NCBI GenBank assembly: GCA_025454635.1
Contig: JALOOB010000002.1
Span: 1 to 42,487 of the forward strand
DNA from: Anaerolineae bacterium
Lineage (GTDB): Bacteria; Chloroflexota; Anaerolineae; CG2-30-64-16
Reading direction: 5' to 3'
DNA length: 42,487 bases
Part shown: positions 1 through 9,886 of the stretch, one piece after another
Numbering within the stretch: position 1 is the first letter of the stretch
Layout: every line of letters starts with the position of its first letter
Translations under genes and position numbers: made by a program
Notes under the pieces: model-generated
Databases searched by the model: none
What the model was told of the DNA's origin: nothing
Seen by the model: only the letters and a program-made list of their open reading frames with translations

Positions 1-549
1 TTTACGAGCGTCATCGAGGGCGTGATTCGCCTCGGTCTGTTCCTGGGTTACCTCTGGTTAATCGGCTTCATGCCCGACATCCGCCGTGTCTTCGCTTATC
101 ACGGCGCGGAGCACAAGACGATCAACGCCTACGAGGCGGGCGCGCAGCTTACGCCCGAGGTCGTGGCGAAATACAGCACTGCGCACACGCGCTGCGGCAC
201 CGGCTTCCTGCTCTCGGTCATGATCATTTCGATCCTGGTTTTTGCGCCGTTCCATTTTGACAATCTGTTCCTGCGGCTCGCGTCGCGAATTTTGCTTGTG
301 CCTGTGGTTGCGGGGATCGCGTACGAGTTCATGCGTTTCAATGCGAGCCACCAGCATTGGGCCTGGGTCCGCGCGCTCACGGCGCCAGGGCTGGGCCTAC
401 AGCGCCTGACCACGCGCGAGCCGGAGCCGGCCATGCTCGAGTGCGCCATTGCCGCGCTCAAGCCGGTTCTCGCGGCCGACGGCATCGTCGTCGAAGCGCA
501 GCCTGTATCGGGACAACAACCGGCGCCGGCGCCTGTAGCCAGCGCCTGA
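1..549 (+). CDS. DUF1385 family membrane protein (5'-truncated by window edge)
   Basis: Frame open from base 1 ([11 protein letters not shown]...); motifs YHGAEHK, HTRCGT and LQRLTTREP typical of DUF1385/YqhQ. Confidence 0.85.
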   Translation, partial: FTSVIEGVIRLGLFLGYLWLIGFMPDIRRVFAYHGAEHKTINAYEAGAQLTPEVVAKYSTAHTRCGTGFLLSVMIISILVFAPFHFDNLFLRLASRILLVPVVAGIAYEFMRFNASHQHWAWVRALTAPGLGLQRLTTREPEPAMLECAIAALKPVLAADGIVVEAQPVSGQQPAPAPVASA

Positions 550-643
550 CAATCGCATATTCCGTCCTCCGCACCGCTCACCGCTGCGCGGCCGCGTTCC
601 GTCGCGTTGAGCGGGCTTATTGGCCGTCGAAAGGAGAGTCTTG

Positions 644-1579
644 ATGAGCAAGGTGAGCATTATCGGCGCCGGGTTCGTAGGCAGTACGGTGGCGCACTGG
701 GCGATGATTTCGGGTGGCTGTCAAATCGTCCTTCTTGACGTTGTCGACGGCCTGGCCAAGGGTAAAGTGCTCGACCTGATCCAATCCGGCCCCATTGCCG
801 GCCATGCGATCGACGCTATCGGCACGACGGATTATGCCGACACCGCGGACTCTGAGATCGTGATCGTCACGGCCGGCGTTGCGCGTAAACCGGGCATGAC
901 GCGCGAAGATCTGGTCAGCATCAATGCCGGCATCGTACGCGATGTCGTGCAGCGCGTCGTCGAGAAGTCGCCGAACGCAATCCTCATCATGATGACCAAT
1001 CCCCTCGACACCATGACCTACCTTGCGCACCAGGTAAGCGGGCTCCCGCGCGAGCGTGTCATCGGCCAGGCGGGCGTGCTCGACGGCGGGCGCATGAAGA
1101 CCTTTATCGCGATGGAGACGGGCATCAGCCCTGAGAACATCCATACGACGGTGCTCGGCGGCCACGGGGACGAAATGGTGCCTCTCGTCCGCTACTCCAC
1201 CATCGCCGGCATGCCGCTCACCTACTTCCTCTCTCAGGAGCAGATCGACCACATCGTCGCCCGGACCCGTGACGGCGGCGCGGAGATTGTCCGCTACCTG
1301 AAGACGGGCAGCGCCTACTACGCGCCTGGCGCGTCGGCGTGCAAGATGGCCCAGGCGATTATCCGCAACCAGCATCATATCTACCCGGCGTCGGTGTACC
1401 TGCAGGGCGAGTACGGCCTGAACGATATTTGCTTCGGCGTGCCCGTCGTCCTCGGCAAGAACGGTATCGAGCGCATCATCGAGATCGACCTCGACGAGGA
1501 AGAGAAGACAATGATGCGCAAGTCGGCCGACCTGATCCGAAGCACGATGGCGCACCTCGGTCAGCCCGCGCATTCGTAA
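644..1579 (+). CDS. mdh: Malate dehydrogenase (LDH-like)
   Basis: AAGGAG SD before ATG 644; GAGFVG Rossmann motif, ARKPGMTREDL substrate loop, NPLD, LGGHGD, GSAYYAP. Confidence 0.95.
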   Translation: MSKVSIIGAGFVGSTVAHWAMISGGCQIVLLDVVDGLAKGKVLDLIQSGPIAGHAIDAIGTTDYADTADSEIVIVTAGVARKPGMTREDLVSINAGIVRDVVQRVVEKSPNAILIMMTNPLDTMTYLAHQVSGLPRERVIGQAGVLDGGRMKTFIAMETGISPENIHTTVLGGHGDEMVPLVRYSTIAGMPLTYFLSQEQIDHIVARTRDGGAEIVRYLKTGSAYYAPGASACKMAQAIIRNQHHIYPASVYLQGEYGLNDICFGVPVVLGKNGIERIIEIDLDEEEKTMMRKSADLIRSTMAHLGQPAHS

Positions 1580-1633
1580 GAAGCCTGTGGTTCAAGCGTC
1601 AGTCCGGATGGCAAGCGCCGGCCGGAGTGACGA

Positions 1634-1686
1634 AGAGACCTGGTTTCGGGGTGCGCCTTTTCATGAGCGCGCGAAGCCAGGTTTCT
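1634..1686. repeat. Intergenic inverted repeat, AGAAAC/GTTTCT family
   Basis: AGAGACCTGGTTTCG ... CGAAGCCAGGTTTCT arms; related to 25129-25159 and 41625-41654. Confidence 0.65.
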
Positions 1687-1719
1687 CCTCGTGCTCAGCG
1701 TTGAGACAGGAGGTGATCG

Positions 1720-3531
1720 GTGGCCTACGAGGTCAAGAACGCCAGGCTCGTTGCCTGGGTCGATGAAATCGCCGGGTTGTGTCAGCCCGAAGCCGTGCAC
1801 TGGTGCGATGGCAGCCGTGAGGAGTACGACCGGCTGATGGCGCAAATGGTGGATTCGGGCATGGCCGAGCCGTTGCAGCAGCGCCGGCACAGCCACCTGT
1901 TCCGCAGTGATCCCTCGGATGTGGCGCGGGTCGAAGCGCGCACATACATCAGCACGACGAGCCAGGACGACGCGGGTCCGACAAACAATTGGGTCGCGCC
2001 GGACGAGCTTAAGAAGACAATGCTCGCCCTGTACGATGGATGCATGAAGGGGCGCACGCTCTACGTGATCCCGTTCTCCATGGGACCCATCGGCTCGCCG
2101 ATGGCGAAGATCGGCGTGGAGTTGACTGACAGCCCCTACGTCGTGTGCAACATGCATATCATGACGCGCGTCGGGGCAGACGTCGTCGCGGAGCTTGGAC
2201 CGGACGGCGAATTTGTCCCTTGCCTGCACTCCATCGGCGCGCCCTTGGAGCCCGGAGTTGCTGACGTCAAGTGGCCGTGCGCGCCCATGGAGCAGAAGTA
2301 CATCAGCCACTTCCCCGAAGAAAACCTGATCTGGTCCTACGGGTCGGGCTATGGCGGGAATGCGTTGCTCGGCAAGAAGTGCTTCGCCCTGCGTATCGCC
2401 TCTGCGATGGCGCACCGCGAAGGGTGGATGGCCGAGCATATGCTTATCCTGCGGCTGATCAGCCCCGAAGGCAAGCGCTACCATATCGCGGCTGCGTTCC
2501 CGTCCGCGTGCGGCAAGACCAACCTGGCGATGATTCAGCCCACGCTGCCCGGCTGGCGCGCGGAGACGCTCGGCGACGACATCGCGTGGATGAAGATCGG
2601 GCCGGACGGTCGCCTGTATGCGATCAACCCGGAGGCCGGCTTCTTCGGCGTGGCGCCGGGCACATCCTACGGCTCGAACCCCGTCGCAATGGACACAGTC
2701 CGCGAGAATGTGATCTTCACCAACTGCGCGCTGACGGACGAGGGCGACATCTGGTGGGAGGGAATGGGCGTTCCCGCGCCGCGGCACGCGATCGACTGGA
2801 AGGGCCGCGACTGGACGCCCGACAGGGGCGAGCCCGCCGCGCATCCGAATGCCCGTTTCACCGCGCCGGCGCAACAGTGCCCGTCGATCAGCCCCGACTG
2901 GGAAGCTCCGCAGGGCGTCCCGATCGACATCTTTGTGTTTGGCGGCCGTCGCGCAGGCATGGTCCCGCTCGTCACGGAGGCGTTCGATTGGGATCACGGC
3001 GTGTTTCTCGGCGCGACGGCGTCCTCCGAGACCACGGCGGCGAACATCGGCGCGGTGGGCAATCTGCGCCGCGATCCGTTTGCGATGCAGCCCTTCTGCG
3101 GCTATAACATGGCTGACTACTTCGGGCACTGGCTGGCGATGGGCGATCGCTTAGGCCCGAATGCGCCGCGCATCTTCTACGTGAACTGGTTCCGCAAGTC
3201 GCCGGAAGGCAAGTGGCTCTGGCCGGGATACGGCGAGAACAGCCGGGTGCTCAAGTGGATGTGCGCGCGCATCGAGGGCAAGGTCGGCGCGGAGCGCACA
3301 CCCATCGGCCTGCTGCCGCGCGTGGGGGACCTCGACCTGAGCGGCCTGCAGCTCGCGCCGGAGAACCTGGTCGAACTGCTGCGCGTGGATTCTGCCATGT
3401 GGCAGGCGGAGGTGCCTGACATCGAGCGCCACTTCAGCCAGTTCGGCGACCGTCTGCCGCCGCGCATGGCCGCGCAGGTGGATCAACTGGCCGCGCGACT
3501 GCGTGAGTCTCAGCCGGTGGCGCAAGCGTAA
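1720..3531 (+). CDS. pckG: Phosphoenolpyruvate carboxykinase (GTP)
   Basis: AGGAGGT SD and GTG start; motifs [48 protein letters not shown]. Confidence 0.96.
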   Translation: MAYEVKNARLVAWVDEIAGLCQPEAVHWCDGSREEYDRLMAQMVDSGMAEPLQQRRHSHLFRSDPSDVARVEARTYISTTSQDDAGPTNNWVAPDELKKTMLALYDGCMKGRTLYVIPFSMGPIGSPMAKIGVELTDSPYVVCNMHIMTRVGADVVAELGPDGEFVPCLHSIGAPLEPGVADVKWPCAPMEQKYISHFPEENLIWSYGSGYGGNALLGKKCFALRIASAMAHREGWMAEHMLILRLISPEGKRYHIAAAFPSACGKTNLAMIQPTLPGWRAETLGDDIAWMKIGPDGRLYAINPEAGFFGVAPGTSYGSNPVAMDTVRENVIFTNCALTDEGDIWWEGMGVPAPRHAIDWKGRDWTPDRGEPAAHPNARFTAPAQQCPSISPDWEAPQGVPIDIFVFGGRRAGMVPLVTEAFDWDHGVFLGATASSETTAANIGAVGNLRRDPFAMQPFCGYNMADYFGHWLAMGDRLGPNAPRIFYVNWFRKSPEGKWLWPGYGENSRVLKWMCARIEGKVGAERTPIGLLPRVGDLDLSGLQLAPENLVELLRVDSAMWQAEVPDIERHFSQFGDRLPPRMAAQVDQLAARLRESQPVAQA

Positions 3532-3543
3532 CACTTGAGAATC

Positions 3544-3589
3544 GGAGATTGAAGATCGAAGATGCCCGCGTTTTCGATCTTCAATCTTC
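3544..3589. repeat. Heptamer-periodic inverted repeat (GAAGATT/AATCTTC)
   Basis: GGAGATTGAAGATCGAAGAT ... GTTTTCGATCTTCAATCTTC; a similar element lies at 39611-39706. Confidence 0.75.
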
Positions 3590-3616
3590 AATCCGGGATC
3601 TGAGCCAGATAGCATT

Positions 3617-4330
3617 TTGAATCGCTCATACCGTTACTATGACATCATCATGGCGTCCTTCGTGGCGGTGCTGCTCCTCAGCAACATCGCCTCGTCCGCC
3701 AAGATTATCGACTGGGGCGTGTCGATCGCGGGCCTGCCGCTGGCCTTCGATGCGGGCACGCTTCTCTTTCCGATTAGCTACATCTTCGGGGATATCCTGA
3801 CCGAGGTGTACGGGTACGGGGCTGCCCGACGCGTGATCTGGACAGGCTTCGCGCTCTCCGCGGTCATGGCGTTCACGTTCTTCGTGGTGGCGCGGCTGCC
3901 GGGCGAGGCCAATTGGGAGGCCGCGGCGGGCCAGGCGGCGTTTGACGCGATTCTCGGCGGCGTAAGCACCGGCGCGATCGTGGCTGCCAGCCTTGCTGCT
4001 TACCTGGCCGGTTCCTTCACCAACTCGTTTGTCCTCGCTAAGCTCAAGGTTCGGACGCATGGCCGCTGGCTCTGGCTGCGGACCATTAGTTCGACGCTTG
4101 TTGGGGAGGGCATCGACACGACCGTGTTTGTGCTGATCGCCTCCGCGCTCGGCGTCTTTCCTTGGGCGGCTGCGTTGAGCATCATTGTGGCGAACTACAT
4201 CTTCAAGGTTGGAGTCGAGGTCCTGTTTACGCCCGTCACTTATCGAGTGGTGGGCGGACTGAAACGCGCCGAGGGCGTGGACGCCTATGACGTGAGTACG
4301 AACTTCAACCCGTTCCGGGTGAAGGCATGA
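3617..4330 (+). CDS. Queuosine precursor transporter (QPTR/YhhQ/Vut_1 family)
   Basis: Multi-TM; LLSNIASSAK, FPISYIFGDILTEVYG, LWLRTISSTLVGEGIDT, C-terminal FNPF. TTG start uncertain. Confidence 0.88.
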   Translation: MNRSYRYYDIIMASFVAVLLLSNIASSAKIIDWGVSIAGLPLAFDAGTLLFPISYIFGDILTEVYGYGAARRVIWTGFALSAVMAFTFFVVARLPGEANWEAAAGQAAFDAILGGVSTGAIVAASLAAYLAGSFTNSFVLAKLKVRTHGRWLWLRTISSTLVGEGIDTTVFVLIASALGVFPWAAALSIIVANYIFKVGVEVLFTPVTYRVVGGLKRAEGVDAYDVSTNFNPFRVKA

Positions 4331-5406
4331 GCGACGCCCAGGAGTCGAAGCCGTTCGGGGAGGCGGGCGAGTCGGAGTCCGGCGGGCCCGACGTGATCGA
4401 CGCGTTCTTCGGGCAGCATGAGCGCGAAGTTCGTGAAGACTTCCGGGCAGGCTTCGTCGCAGTGCTCGGCCGCCCAAATGTCGGAAAATCCACCCTGATC
4501 AACGCGCTGCTCGGCCAGAAGGTGAGCATCGTCTCGCCGAAGCCGCAGACAACGCGCAATCGCCTGCTCGGGATTCTGACGCGCGACGACGCGCAGATTA
4601 TCTTTCTGGACACCCCCGGCATTCACAACCCGCTGCGCAGGCTCGGCGAGATCATGGTCGAGACGGCAGCGGCCACCTTGCCCGACGCCGACGCGCTGCT
4701 GTGGGTGGTCGACGCGGCCGCGCCGCCAACGGACGAGGATCGTAAAGTCGGTGAGATCATTCGCGCGGCAAGGACGCGAATACCCTTCCTGCTCGGACTG
4801 AACAAGATCGACCGGCTCGAAGGCAAGACGTCGAAGCATGAGGCGGAGCACCGCGCTCTCGCCCCTGAGGCTGAACCGTTCCGCGTTTCCGCGCTGCAGG
4901 GCGACGGCCTGGATGCGCTGGCCGACCGACTCGCGCAGTTGGTCCCGCTCAGTCCGCCCCTGTTCCCCGAGGACCAGGTGACGGACCAACAGGTGCGCTT
5001 CATGGCGGGCGAGTTGGTACGCGAGGCGGTGCTGCTGCACCTGCGCGACGAAGTGCCGCACTCGGTCGCGGTTTTGGTGAACGAGTTCAGCGAGCGCGAA
5101 AATGGGGTCACGTTCATCGCCGCCACAGTGTACGTCGAGCGCCCGACGCAGAAGATGATTATTCTGGGCAAAGACGGCGCGATGATCAAGAAGATCGGGC
5201 AAGCCGCGCGCGGCCAGATCGAAGAACTGGTCGAGACGAAGGTCTTTCTCGAGTTGTGGGTCAAGGTGCGCCCGAAATGGCGCACTGACGAGGAGGAGCT
5301 TCGCCGCCTCGGTTATCAGATGCCCAAGAAAAAGAAGGGCAAGAAAGGAGGCTCGCGCCGAGCGCAGGGCCAGCGACCCGCGGACCAGCAGTCCCACGAA
5401 CCGTAA
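4327..5406 (+). CDS. era: GTPase Era
   Basis: GRPNVGKST, PQTTR, DTPG, NKID, KH domain EVPHS...ILGKDG...LELWVKV; ATGA overlap with the upstream gene. Confidence 0.96.
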   Translation: MSDAQESKPFGEAGESESGGPDVIDAFFGQHEREVREDFRAGFVAVLGRPNVGKSTLINALLGQKVSIVSPKPQTTRNRLLGILTRDDAQIIFLDTPGIHNPLRRLGEIMVETAAATLPDADALLWVVDAAAPPTDEDRKVGEIIRAARTRIPFLLGLNKIDRLEGKTSKHEAEHRALAPEAEPFRVSALQGDGLDALADRLAQLVPLSPPLFPEDQVTDQQVRFMAGELVREAVLLHLRDEVPHSVAVLVNEFSERENGVTFIAATVYVERPTQKMIILGKDGAMIKKIGQAARGQIEELVETKVFLELWVKVRPKWRTDEEELRRLGYQMPKKKKGKKGGSRRAQGQRPADQQSHEP

Positions 5407-5435
5407 CCGCACCAATCATCCATCGGAGGGTTCAC

Positions 5436-6026
5436 ATGGACTTCAATCGCATTATCAATGGCATGATGCGCGCCATCCGCCTCGATAAGACATTTTTCGA
5501 GGAAGTCGAGAACGACCCGAGCTACAATCAGGACGCTCTTGGTGTCGTCATCATCGTGGCTGCCATCGGTTCCATCGGCAGCTTCATCGGCGCGCTTGTC
5601 ACCGGCGCGGGCTTTCTTGCCGCGATCGGCGGCCTCATCGTCTCCCTTGTGTTGGCGATCCTGGGCTACTTCCTGTGGGTCTTTGTGGCGCACTGGATCG
5701 GCACGCAGTTTTTCAAGGGTGTGGGCGATCGCGGGGAAGTGCAGCGTGCGCTGGGCTTTGCCTACGCGCCGCAGGCCCTCAATATCCTGAGCTTCATCCC
5801 CTGCGTTGGCGGAATCATTGCGTTTGCCGCGTGGATCTGGTCCATCGTTGCCGCTTTCATCGCCATCCGGCAGTCGCTTGAACAGGACGACGCCAATGCG
5901 GCGCTGACCGTCATCATTTCCGGTATCGCGATCATGATCGTCGTCGGCCTGATCGGCGCGATCTTCGCCGGCCTCGGCCTCGGCGTGGCTGCGCTGTCTG
6001 GCGCGCTGGGCAGCATCGGCCAGTAG
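5436..6026 (+). CDS. Yip1 family membrane protein
   Basis: GGAGG SD; about 5 TM segments; N-terminal FFEEVEND and RALGFAYAP motif. Confidence 0.75.
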   Translation: MDFNRIINGMMRAIRLDKTFFEEVENDPSYNQDALGVVIIVAAIGSIGSFIGALVTGAGFLAAIGGLIVSLVLAILGYFLWVFVAHWIGTQFFKGVGDRGEVQRALGFAYAPQALNILSFIPCVGGIIAFAAWIWSIVAAFIAIRQSLEQDDANAALTVIISGIAIMIVVGLIGAIFAGLGLGVAALSGALGSIGQ

Positions 6027-6070
6027 TCGGTCGCCACCCACCCCATCACATTCGTCGCACGGAGGTACTT

Positions 6071-6715
6071 ATGCTCGTAGGCGAGCGGATGACCCGCAAC
6101 CCTGTCACTATCCTCGATACGGCCAGCATCGACGACGGCATCCATCTGATGCGCGAGCGGAAGGTGCGCCGCCTGCCCGTCCTGGACGAGTCCGGCAAGA
6201 TGGTCGGCATCGTCTCGGACAAGGATTTGCTTCATGCGGCTCCGTCGCCCGCAACCTCGCTGAGCGTCTACGAGCTGCACTACCTGTTGGCGAAGCTGAC
6301 GATCAAGCAGGTGATGTCCAGCCCCGTGATCTCGGTCAGCCCGGACACGCCCCTCGAAGAGGCCGCGCGCGTAATGGCCGACAACAAGATTGGCGGCCTG
6401 CCCGTGAGCGAGGGCGATAAGCTCGTCGGCATCATCACCGAGACTGACGTCTTCAAGATCCTGGTCGAACTGCTGGGCGCACGGACTCCCGGACAGCGCG
6501 TGACGATCCGGGTAACTGAAGGAAAGGGCGTGCTGGCAAGGCTGACACAGGCCCTGTCGGACCTCGGCGCGAACATCATCAGCGTCGTGACCTACGCCGG
6601 CGCCAATGCGTCTGAGCGTCTCATCATGGTGAAGCTGAGCGACGCAGACTCGTCCGCGGTGCGCGGCGCGCTGGCAGGGCTCGGCGTCGAAGTGGTCGAC
6701 TTCCGCGGGGAGTAA
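6071..6715 (+). CDS. CBS-pair plus ACT domain protein (AcuB-like)
   Basis: GGAGG SD; RRLPVLD..GIVSDKD and IGGLPV..VGIITETD CBS motifs; C-terminal GVLARLTQAL...NIISV ACT domain. Confidence 0.85.
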   Translation: MLVGERMTRNPVTILDTASIDDGIHLMRERKVRRLPVLDESGKMVGIVSDKDLLHAAPSPATSLSVYELHYLLAKLTIKQVMSSPVISVSPDTPLEEAARVMADNKIGGLPVSEGDKLVGIITETDVFKILVELLGARTPGQRVTIRVTEGKGVLARLTQALSDLGANIISVVTYAGANASERLIMVKLSDADSSAVRGALAGLGVEVVDFRGE

Positions 6716-6722
6716 CGGAGGA

Positions 6723-6751
6723 TGTAGCGCAAGTTGCCAACTTGCGCTACA
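6723..6751. repeat. Perfect REP-like palindrome (GTAG family)
   Basis: TGTAGCGCAAGTTG-C-CAACTTGCGCTACA, 14-bp arms; related copy at 14222-14246. Confidence 0.85.
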
Positions 6752-6760
6752 GCTCAGACA

Positions 6761-7555
6761 TTGCGCCAGTATCTCGACCTAATGCGTCACATCATGGAGA
6801 GCGGCGCGGACAAGGGTGACCGCACCGGCACTGGCACGCGCTCCGTCTTCGGCTACCAGATGCGGTTCGACCTGGCCGCAGGCTTCCCCGTGCTCACCAC
6901 GAAGCGGCTGCACCTCAAGTCGATTATCTACGAACTGCTGTGGTTCATCCGCGGCGACACAAACGCGCGGTGGCTGCAGGAGCGCGGGGTGCGCATCTGG
7001 GACGAGTGGGCGGACGCAGGGGGCGAGCTGGGGCCCGTATACGGCAAGCAGTGGCGATCGTGGCCCGCCGCAGATGGTCGCGCAATCGACCAGTTGGGCG
7101 AGGTGATCGACCAGATTAAGCGCAATCCCAACTCGAGGCGCCTGATCGTCAGCGCGTGGAACGTCGGCGACATCGACAAGATGGCGCTGCCGCCATGCCA
7201 CGCGCTCTTCCAGTTCTATGTGGCAGACGGGCGGCTCTCGTGTCAGTTGTATCAGCGGTCGGTCGACGTGTTTCTCGGGCTGCCGTTCAACATCGCCTCG
7301 TACGCGCTGCTAACCATGATGGTGGCGCAGGTCTGCGACCTCGGCTATGGCGAATTCATCCACACGAGCGGCGATGCGCACCTCTACCGCAACCACTTCG
7401 ACCAGGCGCAGCTCCAGCTTGCCCGCGAGCCGCGCCCGCTCCCTACAATGCGCATCAATCCGGCCGTCAAGGAGATCGAAGGGTTCAGGTACGAGGATTT
7501 CGAGTTGGTCGGCTACGATCCGCACCCGCACATCAAGGCGGACGTTTCAGTGTGA
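6761..7555 (+). CDS. thyA: Thymidylate synthase
   Basis: TTG 6761 gives (M)RQYLDLM, matching the usual ThyA N-terminus; DRTGTGT, IWDEWA, LPPCH catalytic motif, [14 protein letters not shown]. Alternative TTG at 6734. Confidence 0.96.
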   Translation: MRQYLDLMRHIMESGADKGDRTGTGTRSVFGYQMRFDLAAGFPVLTTKRLHLKSIIYELLWFIRGDTNARWLQERGVRIWDEWADAGGELGPVYGKQWRSWPAADGRAIDQLGEVIDQIKRNPNSRRLIVSAWNVGDIDKMALPPCHALFQFYVADGRLSCQLYQRSVDVFLGLPFNIASYALLTMMVAQVCDLGYGEFIHTSGDAHLYRNHFDQAQLQLAREPRPLPTMRINPAVKEIEGFRYEDFELVGYDPHPHIKADVSV

Positions 7556-7566
7556 GAGCGACGGAT

Positions 7567-7612
7567 AACACAAAGACACGAGGGAAATAAGCTGACCTTG
7601 TGTCTTTGTGTT
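7567..7612. terminator. Hairpin between convergent thyA and ribF (ACACAAAG repeat family), possible bidirectional terminator
   Basis: AACACAAAGACACGAGG ... CCTTGTGTCTTTGTGTT arms. Confidence 0.65.
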
Positions 7613-7618
7613 GAAAGC

Positions 7619-8971
7619 TTAGACGTCGAAGGTCACGCGCGCTTCCCAGCCCGCCTCGGTGCGGCGCACGCGCAAATCGTGATAAGTCACGGCTTTGATG
7701 GCCGTGTGCGCGGGCGTGCCTTTGTGCCCGTACGCGACCCCGCGAATTCCCCGCTCGCTGAGCTCGTAGATCTCGAAGCGGGTGTGCATTTCGCCGCCCA
7801 ACTCCTGCCCCAGCAGCAGGCGGTTCAGCCACGCAACGAGCAGCTCCTCGAAGCCTTCGGCGTCCGCGCTGATTGCGCGGGCGACAGTCACCGGCTGCGC
7901 CGCGTCCGCGTCCTGTAGCGCGTACATGGCGGCGGCCGCGTTGGCGAATAGCCCCCGCTCGTCCTCGCCCGTCACGTCGATGGCCCAGTCTGCGGTGTGA
8001 ACCAACTCGCGCCAGGCGCCTTCTTCCGGCCGCTGCGCGTCTGTCGGCGGCGACGCCAGGATGCGGCGGGCAGTTTCTGCGTCCGTGGTGATCTGCGCGA
8101 CCAGTTCGTCGATGCTGGTGAATTTCTTCTCCCCGCGCAGCCGCGCGACAAAGCTCAAGCCAAGAACCTCGCCGTACAGGTTGCCGGAGAAGTCGAGCAG
8201 GTAGGCCTCGATGGAGGGATGGCCGTTGTCGAAGCTCGGGCGGACGCCGACGTTCACCACAGCTGGACAGCCGGTGTCGCCTCGCCACGCCCAACAAGCA
8301 TACACGCCGTAGGCTGGCGTGAGCCGTTCCTGTGGGAGCAGCAAATTGGCGGTTGGGAAGCCGAGCGTGCGCCCTCGCTGCGCGCCGAGCACGACTTTGC
8401 CCCACACCCGGTACGGCCGCCCCAGCAGGTCCGCCGCTTCCTCAACTGCGCCTTGCTCGCTCAGGAGAGTGCGAATGCGGCTGGAGCGCACCTGCTCCCC
8501 GCGCCACACGAACGGTGGCACGATGCGCAGGTCATAACCTAGCGCGCGGCCGAGCTCCGCGAGCCGCTCCGTGTTGCCCTCGCGGCCCTTGCCGAGCGCG
8601 AAGTCCGGCCCGACCCACAACTCGCGCAGCGGCAGATGTCGGGTGAGCTGCGCGAGGAAGTCCGCGGCAGGGGTGGCGGCGGTGTCGCGGGTGAATGGAT
8701 GCGCAACGACGAAGTCGAGGCCGAGCGCGGCCAGCAGATCGGTGCGTTCCTCGTTCGTCGTCAGGCGGGCGGTCTTGAGTTCGGGGCGGAGCACCGCAAC
8801 CGGATGCGGCTCGAAGGTGAGCAGCCCGGCGCGGCCCCCTGCGGTGTGCGCGGCAGCGGCCAGCTCGCCAATGAGCATCTGGTGCCCGCGATGCACGCCG
8901 TCGAAGTTGCCGATCGCCAGGTAGACCGGGCCGTCAAGAGGTGGGCTGGGGAAACCCTCGAAGACGTCCAT
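7619..8971 (-). CDS. ribF: Bifunctional FAD synthetase/riboflavin kinase fused to a C-terminal archease domain
   Basis: ATG overlaps the truB stop (TGATG). RibF motifs GNFDGVHRGHQ, TFEPHP, GRTLGFPTAN, NVGVRPSF, RLRGEKKF; then archease motifs VHTAD, LLVAWLNRLL, IKAVTYH and terminal TFDV (7619-8014). Confidence 0.92.
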   Translation of the reverse strand: MDVFEGFPSPPLDGPVYLAIGNFDGVHRGHQMLIGELAAAAHTAGGRAGLLTFEPHPVAVLRPELKTARLTTNEERTDLLAALGLDFVVAHPFTRDTAATPAADFLAQLTRHLPLRELWVGPDFALGKGREGNTERLAELGRALGYDLRIVPPFVWRGEQVRSSRIRTLLSEQGAVEEAADLLGRPYRVWGKVVLGAQRGRTLGFPTANLLLPQERLTPAYGVYACWAWRGDTGCPAVVNVGVRPSFDNGHPSIEAYLLDFSGNLYGEVLGLSFVARLRGEKKFTSIDELVAQITTDAETARRILASPPTDAQRPEEGAWRELVHTADWAIDVTGEDERGLFANAAAAMYALQDADAAQPVTVARAISADAEGFEELLVAWLNRLLLGQELGGEMHTRFEIYELSERGIRGVAYGHKGTPAHTAIKAVTYHDLRVRRTEAGWEARVTFDV

Positions 8972-9855
8972 CACTCGCCTGCCGCAAACACCTTGTCCGG
9001 CCACCATTCGCTCGGCGCTTCATGGCGCAGAATGGCGACAACGCTGCCATCGTCGCCCAGCGCGTAACCGGCGCGACTGTGCGCGGCGTTGCCGTCGATG
9101 GGCTGTCCGTTGCGAAGCCGCTTGATCTGCTCCGCGTTCACCGGCACGGGCGTCAGGGCGGAGAGGGCGGTCGAGATGGGATGCAAATGGCGGTTCAACT
9201 CGCCCGCCCGGTGGGCTTCGGCCATGCCTTCCGGGCTCAGCCCGTCCTCCACGAGAAACCGCCCGCTGCGCGTGCGGCGCAGTCCGGCCAGCGCGCCGCC
9301 GCAGCCAAGCGACTGTCCAAGATCATGGGCCAGGCTGCGGATGTACGTGCCGGGTTCGCAGGTCACGTCGAGCGTCAGACACGGCGGCGCCCAGTTAACC
9401 ATTTGGATGCTGTGGATCGTGACCGCACGCGCAGAAGGCCTGACCTCCTCGCCGCGTCGCGCCCGGCGGTGCAGCGGCACGCCGTCCTGCTTAATCGCGG
9501 AGTAGGCGGGCGGCGCCTGCATGATCTCGCCCACGAAGTGGCCGAGCGCCTGCCAGATCACGCCGCGGTCGATCTCCGCGGGCAGCGGCCGCGACTCGAT
9601 CACCTCGCCGTCCAGGTCGTACGTGTCGGTGATCGTGCCCAACTGGATATCGGCCCGGTAGGTCTTGTCAGAGGCCATCAGGTACTCGCTGACGCGAGTT
9701 GCCTGGCCGACGCAGACCAACAGGACGCCGGTGGCAAGTGGGTCGAGTGTGCCGGCATGACCAACGCGTTTCACCTTGAGCACGCGGCGGATCCATGCGA
9801 CGACATCGTGCGAGGTCCAGCCTTGCGGCTTGTCAATGTTCAGGATACCGTCCAA
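8971..9855 (-). CDS. truB: tRNA pseudouridine(55) synthase
   Basis: GILNIDKPQGWTSHDVV, GHAGTLDPLATG, PPAYSAIK, GTYIRSL; TTG start at 9855 inferred from homology. Confidence 0.95.
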   Translation of the reverse strand: MDGILNIDKPQGWTSHDVVAWIRRVLKVKRVGHAGTLDPLATGVLLVCVGQATRVSEYLMASDKTYRADIQLGTITDTYDLDGEVIESRPLPAEIDRGVIWQALGHFVGEIMQAPPAYSAIKQDGVPLHRRARRGEEVRPSARAVTIHSIQMVNWAPPCLTLDVTCEPGTYIRSLAHDLGQSLGCGGALAGLRRTRSGRFLVEDGLSPEGMAEAHRAGELNRHLHPISTALSALTPVPVNAEQIKRLRNGQPIDGNAAHSRAGYALGDDGSVVAILRHEAPSEWWPDKVFAAGE

Positions 9856-9886
9856 ACTACTTCTCGCTTCGATGAAATCGACGACA

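Noticed and set aside
3532-3616. preQ1 riboswitch before the Q-precursor transporter
   Set aside because: No recognisable aptamer core or A-rich tail; the region is explained by the heptamer repeat.
6722-6727. ATG-TAG start-stop mini-ORF after GGAGG
   Set aside because: Zero SD spacing; a by-product of the palindrome edge.
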